Below the pieces are notes generated by a model. It had not been told where the DNA came from, ran no database searches, and worked only from the letters and a program-made list of their open reading frames with translations. A stretch of DNA of 63,063 bases, the filler included, from Intoshia linei (taxonomy: Eukaryota > Animalia > Orthonectida), in NCBI GenBank assembly GCA_001642005.1. It is 4 parts of 4 records of this genome, joined end to end, with 100 filler letters (N's around TTAATTAATTAA, not from the genome) between each part and the next. Parts side by side here need not be neighbours in the genome. Positions count along the whole stretch, not along the records: positions 1 to 24,483 come from LWCA01000531.1; 3 more parts are not named here. The stretch is one strand, 5' to 3'. The position numbers and the translations under genes were made by a program. This document shows, one piece after another, positions 1 to 9,000 of this stretch; position 1 is the first letter of the stretch; every line of letters starts with the position of its first letter.

Positions 1-67
1 TCTCATCTTCATTAGTTTGGACTGTTAGCTACTGAATGTAGTTTTTCTTTTTACTATTTTATGTTAA

Positions 68-295
68 ATTTGTAACCATTATCAATAAAAAAATAACACG
101 TTTCAGTTAATATAAATTTAATTTTATAAATTCGTTGCTGTAGTATTAAAATTTGAAGATTATAAAAAATGTTTTGAAAATGAAAATTTGAAATTTAAAA
201 ATTGCGTAGCAATGACAAAAATTCCGAAGGAATGAATTATATAGATTTTCACCCATATGTCTTCATTAAAAATGTGTAGACGTACAATACACATT
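68..295 (-). mobile_element. Internal fragment of the non-autonomous Helitron family; truncates the gag/EVE cluster
   Basis: Reverse complement matches segments at ~43830-43990 and ~49000-49160 (gaacgtctacacattt...atatgggtgaaaat...ttgctacgcaattttt). Confidence 0.75.
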
Positions 296-329
296 TTTAG
301 CTTGTCCAATTAAATTTCTTTAAATTCCA

Positions 330-785
330 AATGATTGCGTATGTCGGTATGATATGTCACTTTAGAAAAGTCCGTCACTTCTACCCTAGTAAGGTTCTCT
401 TGTTAAGTTCATTTTTCATGATTCCCGTTATTATGTTTCGGGGAAGGTGGTCCTTGTCAATAAATCCCGGCAATCTCTTCATTGTGTATTCTCTTACCAT
501 ATCGATGTAAGAGGATACCACTATTTGTTGCTCCCGTGACAGTGATGACAATATTTTCCGACCTTCTTTAAACACTATGACCGCATAAGGATATTCACGT
601 TCTATTCCATGCCAAGGGAATATATTAAATAGATCTCTGCCAATTTCGGTTTTTCCAGTACTTGTTCGACTGAAACGACTTATGTTAGAACTCCTAGAAT
701 ATCCGCTGCAAGCAAAATCAGTGTCTCTATACCGCATCCCCGACCATTTTTTGTCCCATGCTTTCTTCTGTGTCGGGTTAGACAC
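330..785 (-). mobile_element. Degenerate LTR-retrotransposon gag (capsid/MHR-like) fragment
   Basis: ORF 381-785 C-terminal half LSREQQIVVSSYIDMVREYTMKRLPGFIDKDHLPRNIITGIMKNELNKRTLL follows the Ty3/Gypsy gag pattern Q..E.V..Y...+RE....D.L...I+.GI...L..RLL. It is intronless and GC-richer than its flanks. Confidence 0.5.
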
Positions 786-1200
786 ACTTGTAGGTTATAT
801 CTTGTGGACATCGGTAAGTATGCCGTAGATTAATCAGATTAGTAATAAACGGTATTGGTGCATTATCCATATCCCACATGGCATCACGTTGTACGTCGCA
901 TATTTGCTTATCGTCTCCAAGTAGTATTACGTTTTTCGATTTTAATTTCAGAGCTAGGAACATGATTAAACCAAGATGTACTAGTGTAGCTTCATCAACT
1001 ATTAAATTGATATGTTTGTATTTAAAGTGCAATTAATCATAACGGATGCAAAAGTTTTTCCATTACAATCTTTTAAATCAATAACTACTTTTCTAGATAC
1101 AGTGAGAATAAGTCCTCCATATTTGCTGTAAAATTTTTTAATGAAAGTCGTTTTTCCGCAACCAGCAATGCCTTGTATTTTTATGATTGTAGAGTTGTAT
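786..1200 (-). pseudogene. Endogenous viral element: frameshifted SF1 RNA helicase of a +ssRNA alphavirus-supergroup virus (Virga/Nege/Kita-like)
   Basis: Manual translation gives motif I IKIQGIAGCGKTT (GIAGCGKTT at 1146-1172), Ia LILTVSRK, KTFASVMIN, then a frameshift near 1032, II LIVDEA, III LLGDDKQI and IV LRHTYRCPQDI. The order and spacing are typical of Viral_helicase1. Motifs V/VI were not found. No introns. Confidence 0.88.
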
Positions 1201-1409
1201 ATAACAACTAATCAATATAAACATTTACCTTTATCATTTCGATTCACTCACTCATTCGACTTATTTTATCTATAAAATTATCAAACACTTATAAATATAA
1301 TTTGGTGTTTGTAATGTAAAAACGTCTTTTGAATATTTAATAAACAAAATTTATGAAAACAAGTCTGACAATAAATATATCTTATTTTTTTCTTATCTCC
1401 TAGCGCCTA

Positions 1410-1745
1410 TTCGCTACACTTCCCCCTCCAGATCGTCGGCAGATTGACACGTAGTGTCTCAATAGCCCACACTTGAAACAGCGTTGTAATTCGTTCTTTT
1501 AGATGTCCAATCTATCATAATTTGTCGTGACATGTGAGCGCATCATAGCCGTAGCTATGTCGATATTGTTATCTTTTTCAAAACGTATTTGTCTCTAACT
1601 TCCAGGGGGAGTCGCCTTAATAGTTCCTGATAGGCAATAATTTCGGCCGAGTCTATGCTAACTTTGTCGTCTAGCTTCATAAGGTTTTCTACCTATGTCT
1701 CGTAAGACTGCCGTACGTTGTTGGCGTTTATTACTTGCGACCTAT
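1410..1745 (-). mobile_element. Degenerate gag fragment with CCHC zinc knuckle
   Basis: Minus-strand translation MKLDDKVSIDSAEIIAYQELLRRLPLEVRDKY... (frameshift, stop) ...RCFKCGLLRHYVSIC = C-x2-C-x4-H-x4-C at 1439-1480. Confidence 0.75.
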
Positions 1746-1760
1746 ACTTGATATTATAAA

Positions 1761-4115
1761 TTAAAAGAGACTTTGCGAGCTATTTTTAGTTAGGTGTTTT
1801 GATAACAAACTGCCTAATGTAAAGTTTTTTGTTGAGTTGTGTAGAGGATTGGGAATATTTATAGATTCAATATCTGACCAAATATAGACTCTTTGATGGA
1901 AATTCTGATAATGGATTTCTGATCCCTTTGGTCTTGTACTGAGCAACAAAGATAGACTCTTCTTTTCATCTTCTAATGAGTTTATTCGTTAGTTGATGTC
2001 AATATTTGCTCATTTTGTTTATACTTAAATAACAATGATATTGCAAAATTAATTAAATAAATAGGATCATATTAGTTTATTGAGTAACCTGTAAGCTCTA
2101 GAAATGTATTTCTCAGTGAATCAACCAGTTGAAGAACATCATTTAGCTTGTCTATGTATTCTTTGTTGAACATGGTTGTTTTGGAATCTATTGTCTTTGT
2201 TGTTTTTTCGGTAATTATGGTGTCTTCAATTTTGGGATCAACTTTCATTATACTTGAGTCTACTTTGTGTTCATCTTTGGTGGTATTTTTAAGTTTTGAT
2301 TTATTGTCATTTGCAGGAGAACACAATTTTTTATAGTCACTATCTCTTGGTAGTCCATCATTTAAATTTGTTTGGTTTTTTAATGATTCATTAAATTTAT
2401 CGTCAAAATCATGAGTTGTGCAATCTTTTGCTTTTTGACTGATTTTACATAAATGCTTGATTTGGTTATCCACAATAATATAATCAAAATCTCAGTATAA
2501 TAAAAGACACCTTTTGGATTCTTGAAAGCGCAAAGAGGACTACCATCATTGGCTTCAATGATGCCATCGTCTTTTTCATAAGTAACTCCATCGTGAGTGA
2601 ATTCCATGTTCATTGGGATTTTTACTGCTATAGGGTCCAGTCGGTTTGGTATATTTGACTTATCTCCAATTGGTTTGATTTTTGTATGTGAGGTAAACAG
2701 GGCTTACAATGTCTAAATTTAGAATTGCAAAATCAGAAGTTAGTGGTAGAGAAGGATAAATGGTGTAATTAAAGAATGCAATTTTGATAAAATTAATACT
2801 AGCAAAATTACCGATGAAGTTTATGAAGACTGATATAGGTTTGTCTACTAAACCACAGTTTTTGGTTTGGATAAGGAGATAATCGGTTATGAAATAGAAA
2901 TTTTGTACGCTATTTACAATCCTATAACCAGCAGGCATCTTTTTATACTGAGGTTAAAAGATTGAGTAGTTATATTAATTGTTCATTTTTTTGTTAAATC
3001 TTTTGATAATTATTATCAAATCATTCTCACTCATGAGTCATGATAACACAAAATGGATTTGAACGCATTTTGTTGAATATTGAATTGTCCTCCTCTGTTG
3101 AATTTTTCTCTTTTTTTAAAAGAACATTGTATATAAAGACAGAAAGGTCATTAATAGTGATGTAACACGTTTAATTTTTCTTCATGGGTATATGTGTTAT
3201 TGCAATTGAGAGATCCCTTGTTAAGTTTCCAATCATTAAACAATTCAACAAATCTTGGATTCGAATAACTTTTTACTTTGATTATGAAGTCAGTAATGTT
3301 GTTAGAAATATTTTTATTAAGTTTGGTGTATTTTTCATTTTTGACAGACAAGAGTTGGTAATTCACAGCACTCTGAAGGTTGATGAGATTCAGTGCATTA
3401 TCTTTAATTGCGGTTTCCATACGTAGCATGTAATGCTGGTATTGACCATGTTTTGTTTTAAATGGAAAAAGTTGGTTATATTATTTTTATCATTACGGAA
3501 TCCAGGTATTAGAGTATATAGATTGATTGTAACCAGAAAAGACTTCATGGTTACAAATTTGGAAATTGAGCCGTGAAAGGTAGCCAAATATATGATTTGT
3601 TTTGTTATAGTTAAAGTTTAAGTGGAGAGTATTGTTATTATTATAAATATTTGAGAAATTAATGACTTGATCATTAGTGAAAGCCGAAGAGGCTTTAAAT
3701 TTTGACCCATTGGGCTCTAGTTTTGAATTAAAATATAGGTTACAAAAATTGCGTTCGATTATTAAATTATTAATAATTGGTTGTTGAATAAGAAGAGCAG
3801 TATTGGAGTTTGTCTTGATTTTATATTAATTAAAATAGGAAAATCGGTTGTATTATTGTTTAAAAAGAGTTTGTTGACATCAACTTCGTCGTAAATATTT
3901 TGATTATCAAAATTGTTTATGAGGTAAAAATCTTTTAGTATTTTACTTCCGTTAGTGCTGTTGTACTTGTACATAGAAATTTTTTATATCAATATGGAAT
4001 TGTTTTAATGTTTATAAAATTGATTAAAATTATTTTATTTGTTATAAACAGTGGTATTCTAAATTAATTCAAAATTTGATGAAAGTAGCCAACACCATTT
4101 TTTAATTTTCAGTGA
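1761..4115 (-). pseudogene. Decayed intronless reading frame(s), probable viral structural/glycoprotein EVE
   Basis: Chain of same-strand ORFs (3762-3974, 3390-3587, 3151-3429, 2660-2938, 2380-2613, 2072-2473, 1761-1949), several joined by single frameshifts rather than introns. Rich in N-x-S/T sequons. An ATG follows 1 nt after the stop at 2072. No family recognised. Confidence 0.45.
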
Positions 4116-4496
4116 TTTTATAGTACAGTACTCTCTCCACAACTCTGTATTTCACCATATGATTATAATAATTATTACTGTAATATAGAGAATGTCTTAG
4201 GCATATTACATTTTATTCTATAACTCGCCATTGATTTAAATTAAATTTAAAATGTAAAACTAATTCTAATTTTTTAATTATGGCGATCGACAGGTTGGGC
4301 ATCCCTGTTATACAATTTTGATATCAGACAACAATACTGTATTTGATTACCTTATTTTTGACCAATGCACAGTGGACAATTTCGTCCCAAGACCTAAATT
4401 TGAGTTTTCACAGTAAAAAATATGATTAAGCACAAGATTCCTAGATTTGTATTGACCTATTGAGGTATTTAGTATAAGTTATTACAATATTTTTAG

Positions 4497-6061
4497 AATT
4501 GACAAAATTTAAAAAAGTCGTTTATCCAAACACGTTCAATTTACTGAACGAGTCTAAAACACCAAAAAAAGAGGATGAAATAAAATCACACATTCACAAC
4601 AACGTTACTGTTAATCTATTATCGGATTTTACACCTTGGCAAAAACAATCAGTACCAGCGCCTTTATCTAACTGTACAGATAAAAATATAATAATTTCAT
4701 TTTATTTAGACTTAAAATTTGATGATGAAAACAAAGTGTTTATGCCCGTTATGTACTTGAATGATTACTGGAATTTAAACGAAGATTACCAAATAATCAA
4801 TGACACTTTAGAGTAAAATTTAAGTTAATACCATTGACTAAAAATTTTTAGGTATATAGATTTCACCATTACTTTTTACCCCATTTCTCTCTTCCGATGG
4901 CAACTCTATACTGCTCAAAATGTGAAAAATAATTGGGTTTACAAATTAATAGGCGAGGATCAATTTGGTCAATCTGACAATGAAAATGACGCTTTTAAAG
5001 TATATTTAGAAGTAGGATTTCATCCTAATAATTTTAAATTAGAAAATGATTCTGGAAACAAATATTTATCTTTTAATTATGACAATGATTATTTCACTAG
5101 TCCACAGCATATTTGAGTTTTTTGCCTTTAAAAATGGTAAATTGTTAAATGTCATGTTTTATAATGTTAGATATTCAATTTTGGAAAAGTAGAAAGTCTT
5201 TGGAAGGTTTAAGTGTCAGATCTGTCATATTCAACGTTTTCCAATCTATTGTAATTGCCTTGTATGTTTTTGATAATGATACCAATTTTGTCATTAAAGT
5301 CTCCGTGTTCGTTGGTTTACTTATTGAATTATGGAAAATTACTAAAGTTGTCAATATTAAGGTATTTTATTTAAATTTAATTTGATTGTATTTTTTATAG
5401 GTGATATACATTTTTGATGGTAAATTGCCATTTTTACAATTTAGTGGAAAATCTACGTATATACACTCCGCTACCCAAAAATATGACAAGGTATTTGTGT
5501 TGATATATTTTGTTTTAAACTCACTGAATCATTTTGCCAATTTAGATAGCTTTCAAATATCTAGCTTGGTTGTTTTTTCCTTTATTTGTTGGGTATTCAA
5601 TTTATTCTCTATTATACGAAAATCACAAGGGATGGTATTCATGGGGTTTAGGAACAACATATGGATTTTTACTCATGTTTGGTATTGCTACTATTCATTT
5701 CAATTGTTTTATTTTTGAATAGGGTTTATTATGATGTTTCCCCAACTCTTTATTAACTACAATCTAAAATCTGTGGCTCATTTGCCCTGGAGAATGTTAA
5801 CATATAAAGCACTAAACACTTTTATTGATGACATATTTGCCTTTGCAATAAAAATGCCGACACTATACAGAATTGGTTGTTTTAGAGATGGTAATTTTAA
5901 TTGTTTGTTTAATTGATTAAATTTTAGATATCGTGTTTTTCATCTATCTATATCAGAAGTGGGTTTACAAAGTAGACCCAAAAAGAGTTAATGAATTTGG
6001 AACTAGTCAAGAAATGATTGATAATGAACAAGATGGATCGTTAATAAAAAAAAATGAATAA
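4497..6061 (+). CDS. CLPTM1: Cleft lip and palate transmembrane protein 1 homolog (lipid scramblase family), multi-exon, 5' part missing
   Basis: Spliced exons give SHIHNNVTVNLLSDFTPW, YLNDYWNL, FRWQLY, FEFFAFKNDIQFWKSRKSLEGLSVRSV, PQLFINYNLKSVAHLPWRMLTYKALNTFIDD and YKVDPKRVNEFG. Begins at a splice acceptor (4496); stop TAA 6059-6061. Confidence 0.96.
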
Positions 6062-6078
6062 ATTTATTAATATTTCAT

Positions 6079-9000
6079 TTATTCGTCCAATATCTGAAAA
6101 TTTCTTGAAAGTATTTTCATTGTCCAAATACAAAGAAATAGAGACATTAATATTGCAAAAATTATATTATACGATATAATTGCAGTTGTAATTGGCCAAT
6201 AATTAACAATATTTCTAAAATTAATGATAAATTACCATTTTTTACAAAAAAAGATGTAAATGAATGAATTAACAATTATAGTTAAAAAAATATAAATCTC
6301 ATTTTTGACTCGGAAATTTCTTTTTAAATTCCAGTATAAACTGAATATATTAATATTTTTTAAAATAATTAAACCTTTGCTGATGATGACAGAAAAGTAA
6401 ACTGCAAATTAATTTTCAATCCAATATTACATAACAGTTATAAAATTAATCTGAACAACAAAAAAGAATATGAGTTCATAACTAAACTAATAATGTTAGA
6501 TAATGAAAATGTAACTCCAAAAAAAAATTAATAATGCGTTATACGCGATAATAGAGTAATTTAAAAAATAATTATAAGGAGCCACGAATAAAATGCTACG
6601 GGTACATGGTCATGAGTTGATAAAATTTGAATCTGTTATAGTGTATGGCAGTGTTCCATCTAAGTCTTAAAATCGGTAAATAATACGATATTTTTGAAAT
6701 CGTACTACACGATAAAAAGTTAATAACGTAAAAGTTTATAAACTCACGATAAGTTAGAGAGCTGCGTTCAAATTTCAAATAAAATGGGTTAATTTTAAAT
6801 TTACAGCTGTTTCCAAATGTTGGGAATCCCAATCTGGCCCATGATAAATTTCAAAAAAGTAAATATAATTTTTTTAAACAAATCAATTAACGGATGATCG
6901 TAGGGTCAATTAAATCTTTAATCAAAGTGTATACTTGCTTATTTGCTAGGTGACCGAAAAATGAGTGACGACAAAAAAGGCATTATAAAACACTGTCTAA
7001 ATCAGTGCTTTCCAACCCATTTTGGTTTGCGACACACCAATCTAAAAATATACTATTGATTCGTTAAAAGAAATTTTTTCTAATAATCTCAAAATAAATA
7101 TAAAATTACTGCTCCACTATAGATTAAAAATAATTATATATGTAATGTTATTAAAAAAAATTACATTTGTATAAACGAGATTTAAATTATTTTTTCATTA
7201 TTTCAAAAATGTGCGTGAACGATATGAAAAGGTATATATAAAGGAAAAAGTGTATTTGATGTTTTATTTATTGATTTTGATGGTAAAATAATAATTTTGG
7301 TGATGAATTTAATCAAATTTAGTGAAAAATAACGCTATTTTAGTTATGTAAAAATTTTATTTTCATTTGAAAATCTTATTTATGCTATTTAAAACCAAAA
7401 ATTTTAAAAAATAAATTAAATAAATTTGTTTGGCGACACACCGGTTGGAAAGCACTGGTCTAAAGATTAAAAAAAGATCTGCATCAAAATGGTATATTTA
7501 AATTAATTTTGTGGTTTATAGATTTTTTCCTAAATTTTAATATAATAATTAATGAAACCAAGATTAACGTTAAAACGGATTGATATGACAGATTAATATT
7601 ATTTATTTTTTATATTATTGCAGATGTGAAAACCAGGTTTTGAATATACTTTAGGTAAATTAAAATATGGGTTGCATGATATTAACATCGCAAAAAATAG
7701 AAATTTCAGATCAATTTGTATACTGTATATCAGTGCACTGCAGTGGTCTCAACTTATTACAAGAATAAATTAATTTTTTTTAAATTTCCCTTTCAAAATT
7801 CAATTTTATAAAAATTGGATTCTAGATTTGTAATTTTGTGTCAGTTTTTTAATAATCTTAATACATTGTAATTATAATTTACTAGCTTGGCTGTTTTGTA
7901 CTTCGTACAAACACCAACTAACTATGCCGAAGGCTCAATTTTCTAATTCTACCAAAATAATATAATCTTAATAAAAATGCCACTATTATCAATCTTCTAA
8001 AGCAGTGGTGGGCAAACTTATTGATATGCTGGCCGCATTGACCACGTATAATTATGTCTCGGGTCGCACAAATATCGTGAATACACATGAAACAATTTAA
8101 ATTGATAAAATTTTATTTTGGCTTGTAAAATTAAATTAATTATAAGTGTCAAAATTCCATTTGAATAATTAACAATTATTATTTTTTGGAGTGCATTTAA
8201 ATTATTAATTGTGTTTACAGTGAAACCTCTTTATAAATAAATTATCATGCTGTTAAAAATATATCAATTCTGTATAATTTGTTTATTACATTTTCCCTAG
8301 TGATTGTGATTTCTCGGGAAATGACAAAAGTCGAGAACCAGGAAATTAAAAATTAAATTTCCCGGGAAAAATAAAAAATTTTACTTCATATAAAATAGAA
8401 GCATTAAAAGTTTTAGAGACCTTAATTAATTTTAGAAATAAAAAGAAAAATTTATTTGATTACTAGATTAAAATTTACAAATTTAATTAGAAAAAAATTA
8501 ATTTATTTTAAATTGTTGAAAAAGTGTTTCAAAACACATAATATTGATAGATTCGTCTTTTAAACGCGTTCTACGTTTTGTAACGAAATTAGAAGCAGTA
8601 GAGAAATTTCTTTCATTTTGTGTTGACGTAGGTTGAACGGTCATAAAAGTTTCCTTTAATTTTAACAATTTTGATGATAGCGTTCCAGTTTGTAATAACT
8701 CAAAATATTTTTCAAAATAAAATTGGAAAAAGAGGATAATTCCCCCAAGCGTTAATAATTTGTGGTTGGAATAAGAAGTTTTTAAAAAAGTATTGAAAAA
8801 ATGATATTTTTCCATTAAGGACTGAAAAATTAGATTTTTTATTTGTGGTTTGATGAAGTGGATTTTTTTCATAAGATTTCGTAAAATCGGATTTTTGAAA
8901 AGAATATCGGTGTAAGACAATTTTTCCATGAGGGCTTGAAATGGTATTTTTGATTAAATTTTATTAGTGGTAGGATTTTGGAAATGGTAAATTTTAAATA

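Noticed and set aside
640-740. Alternative-frame LILLAADILGVL..SVEQVL resembling a hAT dimerisation motif
   Set aside because: Lacks ERxFS and the downstream basic motif. The adjacent frame fits gag better.
2148-3426. Plus-strand hydrophobic ORFs 2148-2336 and 3184-3426 (likewise 52917-53174 and 12342-12602)
   Set aside because: Antisense shadows of real or decayed coding frames on the other strand.
6079-6480. Separate multi-TM membrane gene on the minus strand
   Set aside because: The 6079-6214 exon splices in phase to seipin (GLR|NIVNYWP) and supplies its second TM helix.
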